Assembly (NCBI GenBank): GCA_002269645.1
Contig: NIVC01000722.1
Location: 124,001 to 188,000, forward strand
Origin: Macrostomum lignano
Lineage: Eukaryota
Direction of reading: 5' to 3'
Length of the DNA stretch: 64,000 nucleotides
Part shown: positions 1-30,834 of the stretch, piece after piece
Layout: the number at the start of each line of letters is the position of its first letter
How positions within the stretch are numbered: the first letter of the stretch is position 1
Notes under the pieces: model-generated
What the model was told of the DNA's origin: nothing
Databases searched by the model: none
What the model saw: only the letters and a program-made list of their open reading frames with translations
Translations under genes and position numbers: made by a program

Positions 1-220
1 CTTTACTGAGATTGTCCTAGAGCTCTACTGAGATTCTCCTAGAGCTCTACTGAGATTGTCCTAGAGCTCTACTGAGATTCTCCTAGAGCTCTACTGGGAT
101 TCTCTTAGATCTCTACTGAGATTCTCCTAGAGCTCTACTGAGATTCTCCTAGATCTCTACTGAGATTCTCCTAGATCTCTACTGAGATTCTCTCAATCTG
201 AGATTCTCTTAGATCTCTAC
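1..220. repeat. ~22-bp intronic minisatellite (CTAGAGCTCTACTGAGATTCTC)n
   Basis: Tandem copies run directly into the acceptor ctctacag at 222. Confidence 0.95.
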
Positions 221-222
221 AG

Positions 223-3200
223 CAAAGCCGCTCTCCAACCCGCCCGCAGCGCCCTGACCAAGGTCCTGCTGAAGCACAAGCTCAGCTCCGGCTTCAGCCT
301 GTCCCGTTTCTGGCTAATGGACGAGGCCTCCATCAGCTGCGCCACCCACCCGCCCCGGCTGATGAACTGCCAGACCCAGCGGCTGCAGATGCCCTACCAG
401 AGCGAGTTTCCACACGTCACCCTGGTTGGCGCAGGCAACGCCGTTGGCAACTCGGTGCCACCATTTCTGCTGTACCGCGGCACCCAGGTGTACAAAGAGA
501 TGGTGCTGGGCGCGACTAAGGGCACCAAGTTCACTTACTCCGAAACCGGCTACCTTAGCCCGGAGATCTTTATGAGCTGGCTATTGCGGCACTTTACTGA
601 GCACTCCGGCTGCAGTCCGGACAATCCCGTGCTGCTGTTCTACGATGCCCACCTGCTGTACGTCACCATCAGCGTGCTGGAGGAGGCTAGGCATAAAGGC
701 ATCATCCTGTTCCCCCTGCCGCCTCATGCAGGCGATCTGGGCATCTGCGCCAGCTTCTCGGTGCTGAATAAGTTCAGGGTGAGTCTTTGTTAGTGCTCAG
801 TGTCTCTGGGTTTAGCGAGTCTTTGTTAGTGCTCAGTGTCTTTGAGTTTAGCGAGTCTTTAGTGCTCAGTGTCTTTGAGTTAAGCGAGTCTTTGTCAGTG
901 CTGTGTCTTTGAGTTTAGCGAGTCTTTGTTAGTGCTCAGTGTCTTTGAGTTTAGCAAGTCTTTGTTAGTGCTCAGTGTCTTTGAGTTTAGCGAGTCTTTG
1001 TTAGTGCTCAGTGTCTGGTGTGTAAGCGATTCTTTGTCTTTGTTTAATATATTCAATTCTGCCAGTGAGTGTTTGAACTGGATATCTTCATGTCTTCAAT
1101 TGTGAGTCTTTGTCTTGTCTGTATCAACTTAGTTTTCCGCGGGGTCCGGGTAAAATTATTAAACTATTATTATAAATCAAACTAAATTTGCCTGGCTAGT
1201 AACAAAATCCACCTGCTGCCATCCCCCCGCAGTACCATTTCTCCAAGTCGATGAACCTGCAGATGTGTCGCGCGCCCGCCGACAAAGTCAGCAACCTGAC
1301 CATCTGCCCGTTCGTCTGCTCCGCCTACACCAAAGCGGTCGCGGCCGCCAATCTAAAGGAGGTTTGGCGAACCACCGGCCTAGACGATCTCGTGTCCCTG
1401 ATTCTGCCCGAGCTGCCCCAGGTGTACCCGACTCCGCCGCCGCCATCGCAGAAGCAACAGCAACAGCAACAGCAGCAACCGGCTTCGTCACAGGAATCTC
1501 CTAAGCAGCCGCGAACTTCTAGCGGCGGCGGCGCAGCGCCAAAGCGGATGCCTCGATTCAAAGTTGAACCGCCAAACGAAGTATTCGAAGACGAATGGGA
1601 CGAGGTGGTCGCCCTGGCTGAGCACACGTCGTTGCTAACCGCCGCCGCTGCCGCCGCCGCCGTGCCGGAGGAACAGCCGGGTGCCGCTTCGTCCGACGCC
1701 TCGCCGGAGTTGCCGTCAGCATCTGCCGTCGCCGCCGCCGCGCCAGAACCGTCGATTCCTTCGTCCTCATCGGGATCGGGTTCTTACGCGTCGGCCTCCG
1801 AGCAGCAGCGGCAGCCAACGGCAAGCATGGTTGACCCGCTGGCCTTGGCGATGGCGGCTGCCGAAGCCACCACCACCGCCGCCACCGTCTGTATACCTAG
1901 GACTGTCGGAGCTCCCCACTGCGACGGCGGCCTCGGCGGCGGTAGTGGCGACGCAGACGGGGGCGGCTCTTCTACTACCGAGGCCGACCTGCTGATCGAC
2001 GAGTTGAAACGCCAGCTGTTGGAGTTTGACAACGGCGTCCGCGTGGAGGTTAAGACTTCGCGAAAGCGGGTGAGTGCGCGGTTTGCAAGGTTTGTAGGTT
2101 TCCTCGGATTTTGGGAAAGCTCGGAGAATCCTCAGTTTGGCTTTCTGGAAGATTCCCCCCAGAGTACAGCTTTCTGGAAGATCCCCCAGTTTACATCTTT
2201 CTGGAAGATCCCCCAGTTTACATCTTTCTGGAAGATCCCCCAGTTTACATCTTTCTGGAAGATCCCCCAGTTTACAGCTCTCTGGAAGATTCCCCAGTTC
2301 ACAGCTGTCTGGAAGATTCCCTCCAGTTTACAGCTCTCTGGAAGATCCCCCAGTTTACAGCTTTCTGGAAGATCCCCCAGTTTACATCTTTCTGGAAGAT
2401 CCCCCAGTTTACAGCTGTCTGGAAGATTCCCTCCAGTTTACAGCTCTCTGGAAGATCCCCCCCCCCAGTTTACAGCTCTCTGGAAGATTCCCCCCCCCAG
2501 TTTACAGCTGTCTGGAAGATTCCCTCCAGTTTACAGCTCTCTGGAAGATCCCCCCCCCAGTTTACAGCTCTCTGGAAGATTCCCCCCCCCAGTTTACAGC
2601 TGTCTGGAAGATCCCCCCAGTTTACGAGTAGAGCTTTCTGGAAGATTCCCTTTAGTTTACAGCTTTATGGAAGATTCCCTCCCAGTTTACAGCTTTCTGG
2701 AAGATTCCCCTCAGGGTATTTTAAGGTTAAAGGTCAAGGTCGGCAGTCAAATGAGGGGCTATTAAACGTTTCGTCGTAAAATACATTAAAATGCTTTTAT
2801 TTGAACTTACTACTGAACTGGCAGTAGCTTACACGCAAATTTGCCAAGTTGCCCATCTAGTTATATTATATCGTATCTGTGCTCCCAAACCTGCGAAACC
2901 AATCTCAGACAAAGAACGCCTCCGAGGCCGGCTCGTCCGAGTCGCCAGCCACTTCGTCATCGTCAGTCAGCCAAGACGACGGCTCCGAATCTGGCAGCCC
3001 CGTTGAGAAGTCGGCCAGACTGTCGGCAATTCTGCCGGCCGATGATAGCAGCGCCGCCGCCGCCGCCGACTGTTTCTCCTCCTGCTGCTCCGTGTGCGGC
3101 TGCCTGGCCCCGCCCACCTGCCTGATGGTCAGCCGCTTGACCGGCCAGCCAGTGGCCAGCATACCGCCCTATACGGTGATCCAGTGGGCCCAGTGCGACT

Positions 3201-3355
3201 TCTGCAACGGCTGGCTGCATCTGGGCACCTGCAGCGAGGAGAGGAACTACGATACGTCGGGATTATTCAAGTGCACCGTGTGCCGCGGCCAGGAGCTTCG
3301 CTCGACAACAGTTCGGTCGCAACGACATGCCACCGCTGCCACTGCCGCCAAGTGA
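223..3355 (+). CDS. pogo/Tigger-type DDE_1 transposase-derived protein with C-terminal PHD finger (5' exons lie before the window)
   Basis: join(223..778,1233..2069,2909..3355). Acceptor AG at 221-222, donors GTGAGT at 779 and 2070, acceptors AG at 1231-1232 and 2907-2908; frames join in phase 0 (KFR|YHFSKSMNL; SRKR|TKNAS). DDE_1 motifs: FWLMDEAS, GNSVPPFLLYRG, LLFYDAH, LPPH, AYTKAV..WRTTGL. The last exon has C-x2-C...WAQCDFCNGWLHLGTC...FKCTVC (PHD). Confidence 0.85.
779..1015. repeat. ~36-bp intronic minisatellite (GCGAGTCTTTGTTAGTGCTCAGTGTCTTTGAGTTTA)n
   Basis: About 6 copies; the first unit starts at the donor GTGAGT. Confidence 0.9.
2140..2710. repeat. ~26-bp intronic minisatellite (CTGGAAGATCCCCCAGTTTACAGCTT)n
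   Basis: Tandem copies with a variable C-run; source of the spurious WKIPQFT and LEDPPV ORFs. Confidence 0.95.
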
Positions 3356-3589
3356 TGCTTCCTGGCTGGCTGTCCTCGATCGCGTGTCCCTTACTATTAA
3401 TATTATTTTATAGCTCGGTTAATATCTTTACTAACTTTATTTAATACCAGAGTAGTTTCAATTTTATTTTTCTATTTATTTGATTGATAATCAAGCCAAA
3501 TGAGCTAAGAGAGAAATTCTTGGGTTTCAAAGTTGGTAGGCAGGTTGCTCTTGTAGTATACCTTGTAGTATAGTATATCCTCCCATAAT

Positions 3590-4230
3590 TGATCGATAAT
3601 CCTCACATAACTTATCGATAATCCTCCCATTACTTATCGATAATCCTCCCATAAGCTACTGATAATCCTCCCATAATACATCGATAATCCTCCCATAACT
3701 TATCGATAACCCTTCCATAATTTATCGCTAATCCTCCCATAACCTATCGATAAACCGTCTATAAACTATCGATAATCCTCCCACAATCTATCGATAATCC
3801 TCCCATAACCTATCGTTAATCTTCCCACAATCTATCGATAATCCTTCTATAAACTATCGATAATCCTCAAACCAATCTGTCGATAATCCTCCCATAACCT
3901 ATCGTTAATCTTCCCACAATCTATCGATAATCCTTCTATAAACTATCGATAATCCTCAAACCAATCTATCGATAATCCTCCCATAAACTATCGATAATCC
4001 TCTCAAAATCTATCGATAATCCTTCTATAAACTATCGATAATCCACAAACCAATCTATAGATAATTCTCCCATAATCTATCGTTAATCCTCCCATAATCT
4101 ATAGATAATCCTCCCATCAACTATCGATAATCCTCCCACAACCTATCGATAATCCTCCCATAACATGTCGTTAATCCTCCCATAATTTATCGTTAATCCT
4201 CCCATAATCTATCGACAATTCTCCCATAAC
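3590..4230. repeat. ~21-bp minisatellite (TATCGATAATCCTCCCATAAC)n
   Basis: Degenerate tandem array visible directly in the sequence. Confidence 0.9.
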
Positions 4231-4989
4231 TTTATCACCCAAACTCTTAGCTCACAAAATTGAATTGCCTACACTAATTATGTGTTCATATATTCCAATG
4301 ATAAATAATGCAGCCCTTCATTTTGTAAAACATTTATACAGTCTAATGGTGCGCTCATAGCTATTTATAACTGTTGCTGCTGCTGTTGCTACTTCTCACA
4401 ATTACAGTGGCGTATTAATAAACACCTTTAACTAATATTTGAAAACAATGCAAGCATTTCTACCAGTTGGTCTCCATTTCTTATATCAACCTTGGCACTG
4501 GAATTGCTTTGCTATCTTCTATCAAGCACGTTCTGTTGCATTCATTTATCAATGCCATTTGTGTTCGAATGTGCGCTACATGCTACTGTAATTTTGTATT
4601 CAAGTAGTACGATATGAGCTAATGATCTTTCTATATGTGTGTGCATACTTATAATTTAGCGATGTACTCGGTGCTCTTCTGCTGTCAATTGAAATATTTT
4701 TCCATCATTTTGTTTAAATCCTATTTGACCTGTCAGGATTCTGGACTTGATTGAATTTTTCCCTCTGCGAATGCCGTCCAGCAGCCCCCCCCCCACCTCA
4801 CACCGTCTGCCGCTGTGCACTTTCCGGCTACATCAATTTGATTGCTTATTTATTTTCTGTGCTCCACCAAACTTTTTTCCCTGCATTATTTTCTTACGTC
4901 ACATTTTCTCACATCTACTTGGCTGTTCCCGCTAGTATATAAATCTGCCGTGTATTTTTTCATTTCTTTGTATGTTTGTGCTTGTCTTT

Positions 4990-7130
4990 TCTGTGTTTAC
5001 CTGTCTGTGTTTACCTGTCTGTGTTTACCTGTCTTTGTTTACCTGTCTGTGTTTACCTGTCTGTGTTTACCCGTCTGTGTTTACCTGTCTGTGTTTACCC
5101 GTCTGTGTTTACCTGTCTGTGTTTACCTGTCTGTGTTTACCCGTCTGTGTTTACCTGTCTGTGTTTACCTGTCTGTGTTTACCTGTCTTTGTTTACCTGT
5201 CTGTGTTTACCTGTCTGTGTTTACCTGTCTGTGCTTACCTGTCTGTGCTTACCTGTCTGTGTTTACCTGTCTGTGTTTACCTGTCTGTGTTTACCCGTGT
5301 GTGTTTACCCGTCTGTGTTTACCCGTCTGTGTTTACCTGTCTGTGCTTACCTGTCTGTGTTTACCTGTCTTTGTTTACCCGTCTGTGTTTACCTGTCTGT
5401 GTTTACCTGTCTGTGTTTACCTGTCTGTGTTTACCTGTCTGTGTTTACCTGTCTGTGTTTACCTGTCTGTGCTTACCTGTCTGTGCTTACCTGTCTGTGT
5501 TTACCTGTCTGTGTTTACCTGTCTGTGTTTACCTGTCTTTGTTTACCTGTCTGTGCTTACCCGTGTGTGTTTACCCGTCTGTGTTTACCTGTCTGTGTTT
5601 ACCTGTCTGTGTTTACCTGTCTGTGTTTACCTGTCTGTGTTTACCTGTCTGTGTTTACCCGTCTGTGTTTACCAATCTGTGTGTGTTTACCTGTCTGTGT
5701 TTACCCATCTGTGTGTGTTTACCTGTCTTTGTTTACCTGTCTGTGTTTACCTGTCTGTGTTTACCCGTCTGTGTTTACCTGTCTGTGTTTACCTGTCTGT
5801 GTTTACCCGTCTGTGTGTGTTTACCTGTCTGTGTTTACCTGTCTGTGTTTACCCGTCTGTGTTTACCTGTCTTTTTTTACCTGTCTGTGTTTACCCGTCT
5901 GTGTTTACCTGTCTGTGTTTACCTGTCTGTGTTTACCTGTCTTTGTTTACCTGTCTGTGTTTACCTGTCTGTGTTTACCTGTCTGTGCTTACCTGTCTGT
6001 GCTTACCTGTCTGTGTTTACCTGTCTGTGTTTACCTGTCTGTGTTTACCCGTGTGTGTTTACCCGTCTGTGTTTACCCGTCTGTGTTTACCTGTCTGTGC
6101 TTACCTGTCTGTGTTTACCTGTCTTTGTTTACCCGTCTGTGTTTACCTGTCTGTGTTTACCTGTCTGTGTTTACCTGTCTGTGTTTACCTGTCTGTGTTT
6201 ACCTGTCTGTGTTTACCTGTCTGTGCTTACCTGTCTGTGCTTACCTGTCTGTGTTTACCTGTCTGTGTTTACCTGTCTGTGTTTACCTGTCTTTGTTTAC
6301 CTGTCTGTGCTTACCCGTGTGTGTTTACCCGTCTGTGTTTACCTGTCTGTGTTTACCTGTCTGTGTTTACCTGTCTGTGTTTACCTGTCTGTGTTTACCT
6401 GTCTGTGTTTACCCGTCTGTGTTTACCAATCTGTGTGTGTTTACCTGTCTGTGTTTACCCATCTGTGTGTGTTTACCTGTCTTTGTTTACCTGTCTGTGT
6501 TTACCTGTCTGTGTTTACCCGTCTGTGTTTACCTGTCTGTGTTTACCTGTCTGTGTTTACCCGTCTGTGTGTGTTTACCTGTCTGTGTTTACCTGTCTGT
6601 GTTTACCCGTCTGTGTTTACCTGTCTGTGTTTACCTGTCTGTGTTTACCTGTCTTTGTTTACCTGTCTGTGTTTACCTGTCTGTGTTTACCTGTCTGTGT
6701 TTACCTGTCTTTGTTTACCTTTCTGTGTGTGTTTACCTGTCTGTGTTTACCTGTCTTTGTTTACCTGTCTGTGTTTACCTGTCTTTGCTTACCTGTCTGT
6801 GTTTACCCGTCTGTGTGTATTTACCTGTCTGTGTTTACCTGTCTTTGTTTACCTGTCTTTGTTTACCTGTGTGTGTTTACCTGTCTTTGTTTACCTGTGT
6901 GTGTTTACCTGTCTGTGTTTATCTGTCTTTGTTTACCTGTCTGTGTTTACCCGTCTGTGTGTGTTTACCTGTCTGTGTTTACCCGTCTGTCTTTACCCGT
7001 CTGTGCTTACCTGTCTGTGCTTACCTGTCTGTGCTTACCTGTCTGTGTTTACCTGTCTGTGCTTACCTGTCTGTGCTTACCTGTCTGTGCTTACCTGTCT
7101 GTGCTTACCTATCTGTGCTTACCTGTCTGT
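4990..7130. repeat. 14-bp satellite (GTTTACCTGTCTGT)n
   Basis: About 150 copies. The unit has no stop codon in any + frame, which explains the three ~750-aa ORFs. Confidence 0.97.
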
Positions 7131-7844
7131 GTCTCCCTGTCCGCCAGTCCGGTCTGCACCCACCCGCACTGTCCAGGCGGTGCCCATAAGCTGGTGCCCA
7201 TAAGCTGGTGCCCATAAGCTACGAGGCCTTTTGCTCAGCGCAACAACAATTTTTCATTAAAAATCTTTCAAACTACTTTGAGCAGTTCGAATATTTTCAA
7301 TTTCTATGCCAGCCTCTCCAGCACAGCCACTCATTCCGTTCATTTTATCACGAAAATCCCATATTTTCATAAATTAGCTTCGCTTCCGACTTTTGACTGA
7401 TTCCTGTGCTTTTGCCTCTCTCCCTTGACTAATGAAACCGTGAGCTCGTGTCTGATAATCTTCCACAGTAACCGTTGGCCGAATATTTCATTCTATAACT
7501 CAGTGTCGAGTATTTTTATAATTTACTTTTTCCCGCTCCAAAATATCCCGATTGTTTGCTGCGAGCTCTGTTAGGCTAAATTGTTCATTTTTATTATCAA
7601 CCGCCTGTAATTAACTTCTTTAATTTAGTGCGCAAAATTGATCAAGTTTACGGTTAATAAAAACTGCTCCAGGTGTTTTTGTTTCGTGCGAACTGCGTAA
7701 TGCGAGTTTGAATGACCAACTGGCCTGTGTTGGCGGCTTGGGTCGGTTTTTAATGAATTTCAATTGGCTGTCTGCTTTCACTGCCTGTTTTCACTTTTTT
7801 CATGTCTACGTTGGGTCAAACTGCTCACAGGGATACTCATGAGA

Positions 7845-8250
7845 TTTCCCATGAGATTTCCCCAAGATTTCCCAAGATATTTCCATCAAATATCCCATCA
7901 GATTTCCAAGAGATATCCATCAGATTTCCAATCCAATTTTCAAGAGATTTCCATCAGATGTCCTAAGAGATTTCCATCAGATATCCCAAGAAATTTCCAT
8001 CAGATTCCCATGAGATTTACATCAAATTTCGCATGAGATTTTCATCAGATTTCTCATCACATTTCTATCAGATTTCTCATCACATTTCTATCAGATTTCT
8101 CATCACATTTCTATCAGATATCCCATGAGATTTCCATCATATTTCCCAAGAGATTTCCATCAGATTTTTATGAGATTTCCATCAGATTCCCATCAGATTT
8201 CTATCAGAATTATATGAGATCTCCCTGAGATACGTATGCGATCTCCATCA
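7845..8250. repeat. degenerate (AGATTTCCATC)-type repeat
   Basis: Recurrent agatttc(c/t)(c)atc motifs. Confidence 0.75.
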
Positions 8251-8659
8251 GAATTATAAGATTAGCATTACAGTCTAATATTACTCCCAAATCTATTGAA
8301 AAGCTTAAATTTAATCGCAATGCAACTAAGCTTCAAAAATCTGGAAGCGATATCCGGTAGTCTTATGAATCGCAGTGAACTACGAAATAATGAATTTTTG
8401 TTTATTTTCGTATTAAAGCAGTCTATCAAACTTCAGCAATTGAATAAAAGAACCGCCGCTTCTTTGATCCAAGCACTATAGCAGAATTAAGTAGGAGAGT
8501 TAAGTTTATAGGAGAATTATCATATCTCATTAATAAGAAAGTACTTGATAATTAGTTGGTAATACTTTTCCACCAGTGTCAGCGCAAATGTTTCATGTGC
8601 GTAAGTAATGAATATAATGGATATAACACTGCGGTACGCTCGTACAGCACTCTACTGTC

Positions 8660-8990
8660 GGAAGGCCTACTCTTCTCTCATTGGTCAGGAGATATTACTC
8701 GGGCCTTCTGTTCTCTCATTGGTCAGGAGATATTTCTAGGCCTGCTGTTCTCTCATTGGTCAGGAGATATTACTAGGCCTTCTGTTCTCTCATTGGTCAG
8801 GAGATATTACTGGGGCCTTCTGTTCTCTCAATGGTCAGGAGATATTACTGGGGCCTTCTGTTCTCTCAATGGTCAGGAGATATTTCTGGGGCCTTCTGTT
8901 CTCTCATTTGTCAGGAGATTACTCGGATTACTCGGCCTGCTGTTCTCTCATTGGTCAGGAGATTACTCGGCCTGCTGTTCTCTTATTGGT
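8660..8990. repeat. ~36-bp minisatellite (GGCCTTCTGTTCTCTCATTGGTCAGGAGATATTACT)n
   Basis: About 9 copies, downstream of the protease stop codon. Confidence 0.9.
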
Positions 8991-9125
8991 CAGGCAAAGA
9001 AAGCCGAACTAAAATAAAATTTCGAAGTACCACATTGCAGAACGCGCATATTCACTGTCTAAGTAGTCTATCGAGGTTAATTAAAATATTGAGGATGCCA
9101 TGTGAGCAGTGACAACCCCCCGTCA

Positions 9126-27340
<18,215 letters not shown>

Positions 27341-27992
27341 CTAAACTGAACCTGTTTGCAGCAGTTCAAACTCTGGGAAAGACCAGTAAAACCTGGAAAC
27401 CAACAGCTCGGCCACATGCCGCCTCAACTATTTGTCTGATCTGCTCAACCTAGATAAGATAAAGTGATTCAATGAAACAGCGAATCCAGTTGGTCTGCTT
27501 AACATGTTCAGGTAACTCAAAATGGGGGGAAATGCTCTCAGGCTGATATTCACCCCCTGGCACCGCGAGTGACCTTAGCGACTTCTCAATATGAAAGATT
27601 GAGAGAGAGAGGGAGAGAGAGAGAAAGAAGAGCGGAAAGTCGGAGTCAAAGTGGAGCCGTAAATGTCGGCAATCTAAATAGCCAGTCAGCACCCTAATAA
27701 CCTCATCTAAACCTGGCCACTCCTGCCTCCAGAGTTCAGTGCATTGTTTATTGAATTTTCCGCAAAAATAAGTCTCATTTGATTAGAAACAAAAATCATT
27801 TATTTTGTAGGATATGCTTTTTCCCCTACTACCAGTAGAGTAGTTTGGATATTACTCGTAAAATAAACAGCCGAGATTCGGGGGGTTGCGGGGCGCCGCG
27901 CGGCTTCTTTTCGTTGCTTGGGTGATGATATTGATTTTTTATTTCAACCACTGCGACGACATTTTCTGGCGCGGTAGCGGTGCGGCACCCCT

Positions 27993-29685
27993 AAACAGGT
28001 GAATTCCTGGAATCTAACAGGGGAATTCCTGGAATCTAACAGGTGATTGTCCTGGTATCCAACAGGTGAACTCCTGGAATCTAACAGGTGAACTCCTGGA
28101 GTCTAACAGGTGAATTCCTGGAATCTAACAGGTGAACTCCTGGAATCTAACAGGTGAGTTCCTGGAATCTAACAGGTGAATTCCTGGAATCTAACAGGTG
28201 AATTCCTGGAATCTAACAGGTGAATTCCTGGAATCTAACAGGTGAATTCCTGGAATCTAACAGGTGAATTCCTGGAATCTAACAGGGGAATTCCTGAAAT
28301 CTAACAGGTGAACTCCTGGAATCTAACAGGTGAATTCCTGGTATCTAACAGGTGAATTCCAGGAATCTAACAGGTGAACTCCTGGAATCTAACAGATGAA
28401 CTCCTGGTATCTAACAGGTGAACTCCTGGAATCTAACAGGTGAATTCCTGGAATCTAACAGGTGAATTCCTGGAATCTAACAGGGGAATTCCTGAAATCT
28501 AACAGGTGAATTCCTGGAATCTAACAGGTGATTGTCCTGGAATCTAACAGGTGAACTCCTGGAGTCTAACAGATGATATCCACAGTCTAACAGGTGATAT
28601 CCCACAGTCTAACAGATGATATCCACAGTCTAACAGGTGATATTCCACAGTCTAACATGTGATATCCCACAGTCTAACAGGTGATATCCCACAGTCTAAC
28701 AGGTGATAACCCACAGTCTAACAGGTGATATCCCACAGTCTAACAGGTGATATCCCACAGTCTAACAGGTGATATTCCACAGTCTAACAGGTGATATCCC
28801 ACAGTCTAACAGGTGATATTCCACAGTCTAACAGATGATATCCACAGTCTAACAGGTGATATTCCACAGTCTAACATGTGATATCCCACAGTCTAACAGG
28901 TGATATCCCACAGTCTAACAGGTGATAACCCACAGTCTAACAGGTGATATCCCACAGTCTAACAGGTGATATCCCACAGTCTAACAGGTGATATTCCACA
29001 GTCTAACAGGTGATATCCCACAGTCTAACAGGTGATATTCCACAGTCTAACAGGTGATATCCCACAGTCTAACAGGTGATATTCCACAGTCTAACAGGTG
29101 ATATTCCACAGTCTAACAGGTGATATCCCACAGTCTAACAGGTGATATTCCACAGTCTAACAGGTGATATTCCACAGTCTAACAGGTGATATCCCACAGT
29201 CTAACAGGTGATATCCCACAGTCTAACAGGTGATATTCCACAGTCTAACAGGTGATATTCCACAGTCTAACAGGTGATATTCCACAGTCTAACAGGTGAT
29301 ATTCCACAGTCTAACAGGTGATATCCCACAGTCTAACAGGTGATATTCCACAGTCTAACAGGTGATATTCCACAGTCTAACAGGTGATATCCCACAGTCT
29401 AACAGGTGATATCCCACAGTCTAACAGGTGATATTCCACAGTCTAACAGGTGATATTCCACAGTCTAACAGGTGATATTCCACAGTCTAACAGGTGATAT
29501 CCCACAGTCTAACAGGTGATATCCCACAGTCTAACAGGTGATATTCCACAGTCTAACAGGTGATATTCCACAGTCTAACAGGTGATATTCCACAGTCTAA
29601 CAGGTGATATTCCACAGTCTAACAGGTGATATCCCACAGTCTAACAGGTGATATTCCACAGTCTAACAGGTGATATTCCACAGTC
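27993..29685. repeat. bipartite 22-bp minisatellite: (AACAGGTGAATTCCTGGAATCT)n then (AACAGGTGATATTCCACAGTCT)n
   Basis: The unit type switches at about 28570. Confidence 0.96.
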
Positions 29686-30027
29686 TACAAAAAACAGACA
29701 ATACGCGTAAAGTAGAACGCATCATTGTTGAATAAAATTTGCCAAAACCAGGAGGGGAGCATACCTACCGACCTTGGCCAACAACTGGGACTCAGGGAAA
29801 CCCTGGAAAAAATGCAAAAGCTCAGAATTGATGAGGCGGAAACCAAAAAACGCTTGCAGTAGTCTCCAAACTCCACCCCAGTTCAGCAGATTCCACTTCC
29901 CAACTGAGCAATCAGGTAGTTTGAAAATAAGTTTTGCATTGTAAATAATACCAGCGAGTCTGAAAGCACCCGCCAACCCCCGCACCGCACCCCATCTCTG
30001 AGGTTCACGATGCATTGCCCGTAAAAT

Positions 30028-30100
30028 GGGACTGGGACTGGGACTGGGACTGGGACTGGGACTGGGACTGGGACTGGGACTGGGACTGGGACTGGGACTG

Positions 30101-30138
<38 letters not shown>

Positions 30139-30156
30139 ACTGGGACTGGGACTGGA
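30028..30156. repeat. (GGACTG)n hexamer repeat
   Basis: Seen directly. Confidence 0.97.
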
Positions 30157-30834
30157 CTCTCGGAGTCTCGGGTGTCAGAACTGACAGCCAGACCGCAAAC
30201 AGCTGCCCATGCCTTTCAATCAGATACATTAAGTTCGTTCTTTTTTGACCAATAAACATCGAATAATATCGCTCAACGAGTATTGTTGCGCATCCCGAAA
30301 TATCACCTAAAATTTGAGTCATACTGGCGTTTTACTGCTCGCATTGAAACACAGACGCGATGAGGTTTGCAAATGCAAAGAGCTTTCAACCCCCCCCCCA
30401 AGTTCCCACACGCAAGCCTAGTGGCGGGCCATAAAACCAGTTCAATGCAAACACTGAGATTTTTTTCAACGTGCCTCTAAAACGCTTTTCCCAAGCTTTC
30501 CCAACTGTCTATGACCCGAAAGGCCTGCCACATCCTCTACCTGCATTGTCTCTCCCCTTTTATGAGTCACCGCCCCCGGTGCACTTTGAATTTCGAACAG
30601 CTGTTCGCTCCAAAAGTGCGCCGCCGCGGCGATGCAGGAAGCCAATTGCCGGCACAGACTCCTTTGTCCCTGTCTTCTCTGAGAGCAAAACTGAAAAAAT
30701 ATATGGCTGACTGTTCACAGAACAGAGCCTTCTCTTGCTCGAACTTGCTTGATAAAGTTGTAAAGTTCTGTTTGATACGAAATATGACAATAATTATCTC
30801 CCTTACATGCACTTAGTTTCTCAACTTATACCCA

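Noticed and set aside
4842-7217. Three overlapping ~740-790-aa Cys/Val/Leu-rich ORFs
   Set aside because: They are translations of a 14-bp satellite that has no stop codon in any + frame; no real protein is supported.
27993-29685. CRISPR-like regular repeat array
   Set aside because: Units are head-to-tail with no unique spacers, there are no cas genes, and the context is eukaryotic. The same applies to all other arrays.
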